Shown here: positions 48,926-61,784 of the stretch, piece after piece
Layout: the number at the start of each line of letters is the position of its first letter
Numbering within the stretch: position 1 is the first letter of the stretch
Assembly: GCA_022605425.2 (NCBI GenBank)
Contig: CM061255.1
Span: forward strand, 186,001-250,000
DNA: 64,000 bases
Origin: Hamiltosporidium tvaerminnensis FI-OER-3-3
Lineage: Eukaryota; Fungi; Microsporidia
Direction: 5' to 3'
Notes under the pieces: model-generated
Databases searched by the model: none
Told to the model about the DNA's origin: nothing
What the model saw: the letters and a program-made list of their open reading frames with translations, nothing else
Made by a program: the position numbers and the translations under genes

Positions 48926-51900
48926 ATATTTAAGATTTAATAAATCCTTCGGTTATTTTTCTAGGATTTTTTTTCGGTCTAAAAATAAAGAATTTAGATA
49001 AAAAAATGTTTTATTTACTCAAATATCTACAGTTTTTAAGGATTGGTATGCCTCAATTCAAACCAGATTTTTACTTATTAACTATTCCTTTCTATTATTT
49101 CTAAATTATTTACTATTCATTTGACTTATATTCTTACATATTAATTGGTAAATTGTATTGTTTCTAAGTTCTTTTAGTATTCATGTGAAATTTTAAACTG
49201 TATTTATATTGGAAGATAAACGTTTAAAAAATATTTTAAACTAAAATGAGTCGACTTCTCTGTCATATATTATTTACTTTACTTTAATTTCCTAAAAACT
49301 CAAAAAACAATTTTAATTTCTAGATTGATTACTATTTATAGAAAGTAATATATAGTATATTTATAGCTATATTATAGACTTGAAAAATATGTAATATTTC
49401 TAGAGTTATTTTAAATTAGGATTTTAATAGTAAGATTCAATTTTCTGAGTAATGAAATTCTACACAAAAAAACACTGAAAATATTTTTTATACTTAATAT
49501 TCCGAAATTTATAAGTTATTTCCTGTTTCATAATAAAGAATTATATTATAAGTTTATTAAAATATTTTTGAATACTAAAATATGATTAGATAGGAAGGTA
49601 TTTTATATTATCCAAGTATATCAGTTGATGCGATGTGATTCTTTAACTATGAAAGAAATATTTTTAGTTTAAAATTTTTGTATCGATATATATGAATGTT
49701 TTATATATAAATTTTAAGGTAATTTATAACATATTTAAATACTTTGGTTAGTTCTTTGTCAAATTAATTTTTTGTTTCAAATTTTAGTTATTTATTGGTT
49801 TGAATACGCAATTCCGATATTCGACTGTTTTTTAGCCTTATAATTTCGAAATAAAATTGATCATTTTTCATATTTTCTGATTTCTAAACACTCATTCTGT
49901 ATGTTTTCATATATTTATAAGATGATCTAATTGACCTACAAATATAAATTTAATTTGCTTTTCTTGTACCAAATATGGAATAGGCTTTATATTTCGATTA
50001 TTACATGAAAATATCATTAATTAAATCAAATTAGCGATATTGAAATGATAGGTTCTGTAAGTATATGTTAATACAGAAGAAATCGTTCTGATGGAACAGT
50101 TTCGATTTTCTGCAGGGTTTTATATACGTTCATATTCAAAATACAAACAGATATTAGTTAAAATTATCTTCTTTTTAATTAATTCTGTTGTATTTCATTT
50201 CTTACCTGAAAATATTTATTACTTTAATTATTTTAGAATCAAGTTTCTCCTTCAATTAGAGTTGAAAGTCTCTTTTGGAATTTCGTCGGAATAATATCTA
50301 AAACATTGACTTTTTATTTGGTTTTAAATCCAAATAAATACTTATTTAATAAATATGAAAGATTTTCTAGCAATAAGTCATAATTATATATAAAACAATA
50401 AATTAAAACTTATTTGTTTAAATTTATATTTATATCCTTCTAAACGTCTTGTATTAACATTTGATTATCATTTTTTAACAAAAACATACATCTTTGCATT
50501 CAAAAAACTGGCTTAGTTTTTAATTTACAGTTTTTTTCAGAAAAAAATTTTATTAAATAAAAACATTTCTAATAATTTATTATGATCGTTATTTTTTAGA
50601 ACATAATGAATGTTTTAATATACATTGATGTATATTTTCTGTTAATTTAGGTGTTTAAATGATTTTGTTAATTAAAAAATTTAAGACTTCATATTTAAAG
50701 GAGCAAGCAACTCAAATTTGTATTTATCCCTAAATGATGTTTTATCAAGGATTTATTGATAGTGATTTAATATATAAAGATTTATTTACGAACTATATTT
50801 TTAATCTATAGAGAGATTTACATGTATAATTTATTTATAGTTACGCTATGAATTGTTAATTTGTGTGTAATTGTGATATATATAGTACTTTGAAGATAAA
50901 TTAAGCCCTAGAAATATTACTTTTCCTATTAATATCTCAAGAAAATGCTCAAACCCCATCCTGCAATGTGAAAAAAGACTTTAAAAGCATTTTTATAAAT
51001 TATAGACAAGTAAATTACATACTATACATTTAGTATCTGGTAATCTCTGAATTTAAAGTAATAGAATTATATTATCAGAAAAATTATATATAATTTTGAT
51101 TCAATTAGAAATTTAGTCGGTGAATTCACTATGTTAGAATTATTTTATCCGATAAAAATTTTATAACTGAATGCAACAAGAAATTTTCTACAAACATTGT
51201 TTTCTTTTACGCATCTTTACCGAAATTTAATTTATAAAAAAGGCAAAATATCTATAAATATTTATTTTATAATGTTCGACTCAAAACTTTAATATAATTT
51301 TAGAAAAATTATTACGAAAGTGATGATTTAACTCTGCTCAACAAACAAAATAACATATAATTATTTCGAAAATTATACTGTTTAAGAAATAACACAGCAA
51401 ACAAACATTATAGAATTGAAAAAAATTATTAATCACAAATAAAAAAAGGTGCAAAATGATCTTTGTCTAAATTTTTTTAAATCTGTAAAGCAATAGAAAC
51501 ATACTTGTAATAATTAAGTAAAATAATTTACCTAAGAAACGTTCACTATAACAACAAAAGCAAGCAAAAAGAACATGAATAAAATTTGTCACTGTCGCAT
51601 CATTGCCTTTTGCCATATATATTGCATACTTGAATTTATCTGTAAATTAATAACTGTAAATGTTAGATCACTACAGAATTAATGATGAAAAATAATATTT
51701 TCAGTCTCAACCTGATTTTTTTAGCAAAGAATGAATGTAGAGAATGCCATTATCTGGCCTATAAAAACTACAATTATTTCTTATGTCTTAATATTTAATC
51801 ATTCATTCAAGTAAATTATTCCATAAGCTATCGAGCTTCAATAATATTTTACACTTTTAGTGGCAAATTTTTAATTTCATATTCGCACGATATATTAATT

Positions 51901-52040
51901 TAATTTGTATTTTTTCACAAAATAATTGGTGAAAGACCTAAGAATATTTAATTTACGTATCAAAATAGACTTTTGTAATGTTTATATTTTTTATTACTTA
52001 GTAAAAACATGATTTAATATTGTTTCTAAAGATACTTTGT

Positions 52041-52340
52041 GAAGGGAGGATAACCACATTAAAAACCATCTGCTTGGAAATGAGTGTATGAACTTGGCGT
52101 AAAAATCATTGCTGCCATTGCGGGGGAATATAAACTTCATTGGGTCTATAGGCAAATTCTCATAATCCCGAGTTACAAGAGATTAAATGAAACAATTGGA
52201 AAATTTACAGTTGTTCATCCTCGAAACCGAGAGGTAAAGGATGATCGGAATAAATACGTACTTCTTCAAGTAGATTATAAAAAAAGGTTTGTCAAAATAA
52301 AATAGACACCGTCTTAAAATCCATTATGAGTTTATATGAG
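52041..52340 (+). ncRNA. Copy F: 5' end, and possibly a diverged continuation, of the structured repeat family
   Basis: gggaggataaccacattaaaaac...atgagtgtatgaacttggcgtaaaaatcattg matches the 5' ends of copies B and D. A nested hairpin tcatcct-cgaaaccgagaggtaa-aggatga follows. Confidence 0.45.
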
Positions 52341-54847
52341 CAATATTAAGTATATTTGTTTATCACAATAAATTTAAGGTAATTATGTGTATGAATACAA
52401 GAATTACTTAAATGATTCATTTCAATTATGAATCGAAAACCCGAGATAGTAAGACTTATTGTGTACTGGCTTTAATCTATAAAAAATAGAAGAGTTGTGT
52501 TAGATGTTTTATGAGATAACATAGAATAGTATTGAATTAAGTCAAAAAAAATGAAATTTTAAAACTCTGATAGACATAAGATATTAGTCCATATAAACTC
52601 GATAATACTTAAAAACTTCAAATTTCTTTTCAAGGGCAAAGAAAGAAGACTGAAATAGAGATAAAATGTTGACAAAAGCAGAAGAAGAGCTTCATCAATA
52701 AAACTAAATATTGAAAATGCAGTAACAACCTTTACTACGATTATAAATTCACGCCTATGTGAATTATTGAGTTAAAATTAAATACAAAAATTATGTGATT
52801 AAAACTTATATAAATATTCATTACTAATGCACTGGCTTAATTTTAAAAAAGTTGTTCGGTAAAAACTAAAGCGATGAATGAAAACAGGAAAACTTTGTTA
52901 AGAATGAAACTAATTAAAAAAAATAGATGTTCATTTTTTGGTATAATTTTTGTTTTTGTATTCAAAAAGTTATATTTTTTTAAATTATATTAGATTTTAA
53001 ACTCGTCTAAACGAATTTAAGATTATATTAAACAAAAAAATAAAACTGGATATGTGGAGTAATCTTCTTAAACTTTGCTAACACGGTCATAATTTCTCAA
53101 TCATTTCAGGTTGGATTTTATACCTTTACCCCATCTGTTGCTCGAATATTTTTTAGTCTATTATATCTGTTTTTTTTTAGGCGATCGGAGTATTTCAATA
53201 TAAAATTTAAGAGCATTTCTTAATAAGAGATTTTTCACATCTGTTCTAGTTGCTCCGGGTTTTTTTTTTTTTGGGGGGGGGGGTTTAGCTTAACTTTCAG
53301 GTGGTTTTTTTCGAGTTCTGATCTATTTCCATAACATGCAGCTTTTTTCGTATGCATTTATTCTTAAGGAGCTTTTTTTTCTAAAAAAAAATTTGAATGT
53401 GACTTGCTGTGTTGGCTAATTCATTAATGTATAACCTTCTAATTGTTATTATTGGATACTTTAGCTTTGCCAGGTATAAAATTTTATGATATTATTCGAG
53501 ACATAGTTTTTTTTATCAAGCTAATATAATTATATAAATAAATACATAAAGAAAAGGACTTAAAGCATCAATTCTATTATACAGTTTTTATGTATTTGTA
53601 AAAATTATTAGAAAAAAACCAAAACATAGTGATTTACTCTAAACATTAATTTAAAAAAATCAAAATGTATTTAAAATGCTATACCAATGGCGAACTGAAA
53701 TTTAGAAAGAATTTAATTCACACAATATTTTATTTCAAATATTTTTTTGGGAGAAATTAAATATTTTTAAGCACTTCAAGTTCTACTTCTATCACTATTA
53801 TTGGTTGTGTAAAATTTATGAACAAATAATAAGATAAATATTTTTAATCAAAACACTATTATTGATTTCTTACATTTTTTTTCAACAAATTAAGTATTCT
53901 TAGAAGTATCGTCATTTGAAATTACTGAATTATATAAATTACTTTAGATTTACTAACTAAGTCACTTATTTGCTTATTTTTTTAATCGAAAATTCTAAAA
54001 TTCATTCATATGAGTTGCAAGATTCTTAAATATTGATTATTTTTTCGCCAAAAAAACAAATGAAAAAACCAATGCAAAAATATTAATTTCATTGCTCAAT
54101 TCAAATATGTTGTTTCTGTTTTCGAATTTAGATGTATTTTGTAGTTAAATAGAATATATTTATGTAAATAATAACATTTAAACAAAAAAATGTGAAATTT
54201 TTTTCTACAATTTGCCAAAATTGATTATTATTGATCAAAAAAAAATCGAGAATATTTTTTTGCATAAAATTTTTTTGAGAGTTTTAAGATTTTTAGAGAT
54301 TTACAGATTAGGACAAATAAAATGTAAACGGTTTCGATATTTTTAACATTAAATGTAGATTTTTATATACCTCGCTACCAAACATTATAATATTACAAAT
54401 TTATAATTGAAAATACTTAATTAAAATTGAGCAAATGAAATTTTTAAATAATACTTTTCGAATAAATTTTTATTTTTGAATTACTTTGTAATTTAAATTA
54501 ATTTATAAAAATTGAAATATTTATAAACATGTTATTAAGTGAATTTTATCTGAATATCAAATAATACACTTATAATCACTAATATTATGAAGTTTTTCAA
54601 AAAAATATTATTTTTGTTGCCTCCGTTCTTTATTGGGAATAGAATATTTTTTAAAAATTAGCGAAGAAAATAATTGTTTTATTTTTTTATATCAATAAAT
54701 CAAATTGTTGCTTATTTACCATCTAAAGTAAATTGAGCAAAAAAAATTATGTCAAATATTTTAAATATAAAGCGACGAATAAAATTTGTTTTTAATTTAC
54801 CATAAAAAGTTTATTCGTATAAATAATTATTTTGGAAACCCCCCCTT

Positions 54848-55624
54848 ATGTTGCATTTATTTGTTGCTATAATTTTCAATGGTTGTGGTATATTTACAAG
54901 TGATACTCCTTCAACTACAATAGAAGAAAAATCTCATAATGAAAGAGGGAATGGAAAAGAATCATTAGTTAAAGCCAAAACTGGATATACCACCGAAAGG
55001 ATATTGTATTCAATTGAGAGCAGTCGAAAAACAAGTGTCAGTGAATCGGAAAATTTGATAGGAAACAAAACACAAGCCCAACCAAGCTCAAATACTAAGA
55101 CACATAAATCGATATTTAAAGGAACTATTGATGGGACAAACGCGGCTAACCCTCTAAAATCCAGTAAAATAGTCACATTTAACGAAAAAGAACCTTCACA
55201 AATCTGGATATTTGAAAGTTTGAACGAAAGTTCAACGGACTTTAATAAAGGCAATTTATCGGCAGAAAACAAAGATACCATGCCAGCTAAACATATTTCA
55301 CCCTCCTTTAGTCAACAAAAGATTCCCGATGAATCTAAAGAATCATCTACAGATCGAGTAAATCAAGTGTTATCACAATCATCTTGCGAATTTTTCACAC
55401 ATACTCCCAGCACAGTCATTCCAGTCCATAAAATCAAACAATGCAGTTCACATGTAGAAGAACCCATTATTGTATCTAAAAAACGAAATCCTTCCAATGT
55501 GCATTATAAAAATTCACCAAATCCTCAACAAAAATCAAAACCAAAATTTAACAGCGAAAACGAATATGATAAATTCAACCAAGATTTAAAGAATCATATG
55601 AATAATTTCCTTAATAGAAATTAA
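54848..55624 (+). CDS. Hypothetical secreted, largely disordered S/K/N-rich protein
   Basis: 258-aa ORF with CCCCCCCttATG and a hydrophobic N-terminus MLHLFVAIIFNGCGIFT. Confidence 0.8.
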   Translation: MLHLFVAIIFNGCGIFTSDTPSTTIEEKSHNERGNGKESLVKAKTGYTTERILYSIESSRKTSVSESENLIGNKTQAQPSSNTKTHKSIFKGTIDGTNAANPLKSSKIVTFNEKEPSQIWIFESLNESSTDFNKGNLSAENKDTMPAKHISPSFSQQKIPDESKESSTDRVNQVLSQSSCEFFTHTPSTVIPVHKIKQCSSHVEEPIIVSKKRNPSNVHYKNSPNPQQKSKPKFNSENEYDKFNQDLKNHMNNFLNRN

Positions 55625-56955
55625 ACCAAAAAACATACCGATGTTTTAAAAACTCACCTTTTTCAGCTCAAAAATACAATTATAAACGCGAAAAAACAAT
55701 ACGAGCAGGATAGTTTAATAAAAACAAGTATTTTTATATTATTTAATCATTTTTATTTCAAGGTAACCATAGTACATTTTTTTAAGATATCATTTGTATA
55801 AACCCATCTTATTCATTTAAATTAATTAATATTTTTTCATTCTATGATCTCATTTTTATCTTTATAACGTATCACTCATATCCGTGATTATTAATTTAAA
55901 ATTAATTTATAATTAAAAAATACTATAAAATCAAACTGTATAACAAAAAACGAAATCATTCAGTAAAGTGGTTTGATCATAGTTTATTTAAATGTATTAT
56001 ACACCTTTATATTCAATATTATAATTAAATAGGAAACGGAAAAATAACATATATTTCAGTATAAAATTTTATTTTTTCTGATAATTCCATTGTAGATTAT
56101 AAACCCGTTTTTGAATATTTGTAAAAAAGATAAAGAAAAAATGAATTTATAATAGCTTTTGAGAATTTTAAATTATTTATCTTCATAATGGTTATTTTTT
56201 TGATTTAAATAGAAAAAATTGTTAATATATTATTAACCTAGAATTTTATTCGTGCCTTTATAATCAGAGTAAATCATATTTTATTTTAAGTAATCAATTT
56301 ATATTGGAATGTTTATATTGTATTATAAATATTATCAAATTATAATTTGATTGATATTGAATATATTAAATTTTTCATAGATTAAATTGAAATTAGTTGA
56401 GCCAAAAATCATGTGTTTGAGAAATAATGTTTGGAAACAGCCTTAATAATTAATATTTATCTTTGTTTAGGCGAATATTATTAGGAGGACTAATGGGGAG
56501 TGGTCAGGATATAGAAATTCAATTTCGCAGAGCCGGTTAAATTCTTGGCTTTTACGCTCTTTATCTTCTAATAAAAGTGGTTGGATTGGGTAGACAACCT
56601 AATTTTCAAAAAAAAAGTAAAACGCTTAATTAATATACGAAGTGATACTTCACCTGAGGATTATGTTTTTATTCTTAGAAGAAATAAATAGCTCAAATAA
56701 ATTGAATCAATATGAAAGATATAGATTATAAACTTTAAATAGCTTTTCTAAGCCTGTAGATTTTTATTTAACAAAAAAAGTCTAAATGAATTTCTTTTTG
56801 CTTGAACAAATTTGAGGCAAATAAGAGTTGTGAAAAAAAATCCATAAATTTTTTATTAAATTTGAATCGATTTTATTGAAAACGCATATGAAAATATGTA
56901 AAGTCTATATTCTTAACAAATTTAAAAAAAATATTCAACATAATTTGTTAAAAAT

Positions 56956-57402
56956 TTATAAATCATTTTTTTTATTGATTTTCCTAAAAAATCTAAGTCT
57001 TCGAATTCTTTCCCGACACTTTTCTAATCTTATTGCTCTTTCCTCTGGTGTTTCATTGGCTCTTCGAATTCTAACTCTTTCCCTGTTTTTTCTAAGTCTT
57101 TCTTCTCTTTTTTCTAATGATTCATATCTTCTACATTTTCTATAGTTCAAATTGTTTTCTTCGGTATAATAATCAGATGAATATATACTATCATAGAAAT
57201 ATACAGGTTCTTCAAACATATCACTATCATAATAAGATAAATCCATTTCGTTACTAGTTGTTTCTTTAAGAATCTGTGGATATATATCGATATTTTGATA
57301 TAATTGATCCTCCCACAGTTTAATATATTCTATCCTAGCAGCTTCCAATAAATATTCAAAACTTTTGTCTCTTTGAAATTTATAATTCTCTTCCTTTTCC
57401 AT
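56956..57402 (-). CDS. Hypothetical protein with acidic N-terminus and C-terminal STPR-like repeats
   Basis: RRYESLEKREERLRKNRERVRIRRANETPEERAIRLEKCRERIRRLR forms two ~23-aa E-[ST]-x-E-x-R-x-x-R-L repeats. Confidence 0.65.
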   Translation of the reverse strand: MEKEENYKFQRDKSFEYLLEAARIEYIKLWEDQLYQNIDIYPQILKETTSNEMDLSYYDSDMFEEPVYFYDSIYSSDYYTEENNLNYRKCRRYESLEKREERLRKNRERVRIRRANETPEERAIRLEKCRERIRRLRFFRKINKKNDL

Positions 57403-59387
57403 TACCGTTGATATTTTATTGTTTTAATATTTAATTTTCATTCAAATTTATACTTTAATTAAAATTTGTCTGATAAATTTGTTTTTTGATAGTTGGTTTT
57501 CCCGGTTATTTTTATAAAATTTATATTTAACTGTAAAATACGGGAAATGATTTTTCTATCTAAACATTGTATTGGCGAAAAATTTACAGAAAATCGAGCA
57601 TTTATCTTTTCTTTACTAAAAGAGGAACAACGTTTTATAAGTTTTTTATAAAGAATAAATAAAAAAATACATGGTTTTTTTCTATATTACCGAGTAGATG
57701 ATTTATTTTTTTATGCATGGTATTTGATTTTTATTGTATGGTTTGATCAGTAGCACAAATTCCAAATAATTTTTTATAAGATTATATTTGATTTTTCTGC
57801 AAGTATGAAATTTATCATCAACATGTATGTTCAAGGTGTTGAAGTTCGTTTATATTTAGCCTTTACATCTATTTTTAGCTAATTAAATCAAATGATTTCA
57901 ATTTTATTTATTTAAATTTACCATTTAATATATTTTACGTTATCTTATTAATATATGATACTTCTTAGTGTGCACTCTATAGTATTTTGTAACAAAACAG
58001 TTTAGATAAAAGATCTAGATCAGTATTTCATTTTCTTTAAATCAAGCTTAGAAGGAGCCCCGAAAATCCCTACTATTTCCCTTTCCTATTTCAACTATGT
58101 AAAATAAATCTTAGTAAGAATCTATAATCTCAATACGTGAATATGATTTATTTATATTTAAGTCTAACTATTTTTCCCTTGATTTAAAGAATTAAACAAA
58201 TATTTATCTGGCGTTGATTTTACTTTCACATACTCATCACCAAGAATTTCATGAAAATGAGACTCATGATTCCTTATTAAGACTTAATTTTGTACTATGA
58301 TAAAGATGAACGTATTTAAAGATCCACTTTACTTGTGTCTAATATAATTGTTTCGCAATCATTATCATGTTGTTTACAAATTATATGCAAAATTTAAAAC
58401 TTTCTGAATATTTATTCATTTACATTGGGGTTTTCGAATAACTTTTAATACTGAAAAAAGAGCTTCGCTCTGTCGATATTTATCTATTTTATAACCAATT
58501 TCAGGAGTTAACTCACGAAGAAGCTTTAAATTTTGGCTTAAATATACTTTGTTCGGGTTTTTTTGCTTTCTATTTAGATTAATTTATGTTATTTTTATGA
58601 AATTCTAAAATTAATCACCCTCTCCATGTTTCAAATTAGATCTGAATCAAATTCTTCTAATGATACTAACTTTCGATTGTTATTACATTATTTATGGCTG
58701 CTGTTTTTTATTTGATATTTTTCATGATTTTCGCTAGTGACTGTTGATCCAGAAAGGGCTTGTTCTGCCTGCGACTCAACTATTTGAATTTTTCCGCTGA
58801 GATTATATTTTGGTAAAAGTGGCACATATTACAGCCTTACATTGAATTCGATATATTTTTTATCTAAACCAAAGACATTGAATATTCGACACAATATTCT
58901 TCAAAGCACATCCTAGATTACTCACAGGGGCACTAAATAAACAAGAACACAAATAATGATTGCGTAAAAAATATTTCAAAAGAAATTTTTGTGTAATTAA
59001 GACATAAAACTATTAATGAATTCTATTTTTGTATTTTCTAATAAGATATATATGCTTTTGTTTTTATCTTAAAGTATTGTTCAATACGATAATTCTTAAG
59101 CCTTCTAAAACAGATATTATACTTAAAAACACGTAATGCTGATATTCTATTTCTAAAATTATAGTTAGTGTAAACTTTGTTTGTAAAAGTTTTTGAATCA
59201 ACTATTAACTACTTATTTTAATAGAATTAGAGCTCTCGTTATAAAGAGATCACATCTTTGTAATGACCAACTTTGGCATATATTCTCACTCTTCGTATAT
59301 TTGCCTTTGAATTTGAGACTCAATGAAGGCATAAATAACACTGGGTGTTAAAAACCACTGGGAAATGGTTTTTAACATTCAATATCA

Positions 59388-60863
59388 TAGGGTTTATCGA
59401 GCAATATAGTAATCCTTGCAATAAATATAATAATTGTTGCAATCAATATCATGATTTTTCGATCAATATCTTAATTTTTGCAATAAATATCATAATCCTT
59501 GCAATCAATGCAATAATTATTTTTAAAAAATAAAAGTAAGAACAGTATTTGAGATTTATTATTCAAGAATCCCTTGCTCTACTTCCGCCTTCTGCAAATA
59601 CCCTAACATTTTTCAGTTAAAGAAATTACAATGTTCTCTCGTGATCTCATTAAATTTTTCACAAATTAATATTGTCAACTGAGGCTCAGTAGAAGCACCA
59701 TCTCGAATTACTTCATTTTTCCAGAATGAGAATACATTCTCAAATTGATTAAGAAATGGAGAGTAAAGTGGAAGGTATTTTATTAGATATGAGGCAATTT
59801 CCTCATCATCATTCAATTCACGAAAGTGATGAATTCTCGCATTCTCCATTACAAATATAGGAGTCAAAATTCCTTGCCGTTGACAACTTTGATTAATCTC
59901 CTTAATGGATAATTTGATGTCCTTACCATTTGCGGCCTTCTCACGAATCTTATGGTATATCATACCATATCTGTTCATTGTTGCGACAACTGAAATATTT
60001 CTACTTCGGGCTGCAGTTACAGATAAGTATGCAGATTTACCTCTCATATTTCGGCCTCTACAGAGGCGTATACTACCGCAAACCCAACTTCTTTTTAAAA
60101 GAAAAGGTTTTTGTCATTGTTATCAACCTCCAACTCTCGAAAACTGGTTGCGTAATTGGTCCTAGACTCAATTGTCGAAGGTGAATTTCTACGCTTAGGC
60201 ACTAATGTTACATACTTTAGAGTGTAATAGAACTCCCTTAGTGCGCGATCAATTATACTAATGACACATCAACATTAAATGTGCATTTGGCTTATTCTGC
60301 AAACTCATGCAGGGTTTTTATACACCTAAATCAACATAGGTCTGTAAGCTCTCTTTGATTCCTAAAGTTAACTTTGAGCGCTTGTCACCACCTCTTTTAT
60401 TGACAATATCAGGCCACTTTTTAAATATCGTTTAACGATACTATTAACCGTCTAGTAATTTATTTGATGAATCGAAGCAATTGAAGAAATAGATTGACCT
60501 TCCAATGTCTTTTCATTATGCGTTCCCGATCATTATTAGAAACCATTTGTTTCCTCAGAATGGAATGGTGGTTAGTGGGATATTTTCATCATGTGATCCC
60601 GATGTTTCCACAAGACACTTCAAAACATTGTCATTTTCGCGTTCTATATATTCTGTTGTTATCGCACATGAAAATGATTTTTTTCTTGTTGGTATTTTTA
60701 CCAAAAAAAGAGTTTGACATGGGAGTTAATTTTAAATGAAATAAATTATTTTTTAAATTTTTATTTTATAAAACTAATTGTCATATTGATTACAACAATT
60801 ATGATATTGATCGAGAAATTATGATATGATTGCAAGGATGTTTATATTGATCGAAAAACCCTA
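59388..60863 (-). mobile_element. Tc1/mariner-IS630 DNA transposon relic with terminal inverted repeats
   Basis: The left end tagggtttatcgagcaatata mirrors the right end tatattgatcgaaaaacccta, which is followed by TA. Subterminal ~21-bp repeats occur at both ends, with internal DDE_3 transposase fragments. Confidence 0.85.
59575..60720 (-). pseudogene. Disrupted IS630/Tc1 (DDE_3) transposase
   Basis: FVMENARIHH (the expected MDNA has D>E) and KYLPLYSPFLNQFENVFSFWK (LPPYSPxLNPIE-type). The upstream part is broken by stops and frameshifts. Putative start is CCC-ATG at 60720. Confidence 0.8.
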
Positions 60864-61784
60864 TATTTAATACTTAATAAGATATACTTTTTTGTATTTT
60901 TTATTTAACGAGCGTATAATATCTTGACTAAGCAGATATAAAAAAATAATTAGTAAATGTAGGTTTTATTGCACATGAAAGGTTTTCTGTATGTTAAAGA
61001 TTTTTTTATAACAAAATTTTCTTTAATTTTGAACTGATTTTTAATATTCAATTTTTCCTTGCCTTACTAAAGAATAAAACCACGACAGAAAAATCTGTAA
61101 AATATTTCCTCGTTATATATATTCATTTGAACTAAATTCATAGTAAAACATACTTATTAATAAATGATTTAGTAAAATTACCAGATTAGAATAGAGATAT
61201 TAAAGAAATAATCAATCTTACATTTAAATTAAAAGTATTGTTTAAAGAAACTTATATATTTGCAAATAATTTATTGTATTAAAAAATTCCATTCAAATCA
61301 AAAATAAAAATCAGGAATGTGTATCTTTATTTAAGAATTTTTTGAAACGGTAATTATTTTATACATTTAAAAATTGTGTAAGAAAAATATCATTACAATT
61401 GCGGGTATAAAATATGGAACACAAATGGTTTAATATTCTTGTTTTAAAATGTTCATATAATAAAATATTTACAATAAACAGAGATACAGGTCAAAAATTA
61501 TAAATTTTATCTATAATTTTATAAGAGAATTTATTAAAAAACATCTAGATTTTAAAAATAGATCTAGGAAGTATGTTTTATTATTTTTATGTCTAAGTTA
61601 TAGGCGCTAGCTAAAAAATATAAATTAAACTTAAAAGCTAAAAAAACAATTCTTTTTCATTTATTTTAAAAAACGTTGGAAAAAATAATGTATAAAATAC
61701 TATATAATTTGCATTGGGCATACAATGAAACAAAGAAATAATTAATTTTAAGAATAATTTCAATTTATTTTTCGCGTAATGATT

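Noticed and set aside
53255-53286. T-run followed by G-run as a G-quadruplex or telomere seed
   Set aside because: It is a single homopolymer pair of uncertain length, with no repeated G-tracts or TTAGG array.
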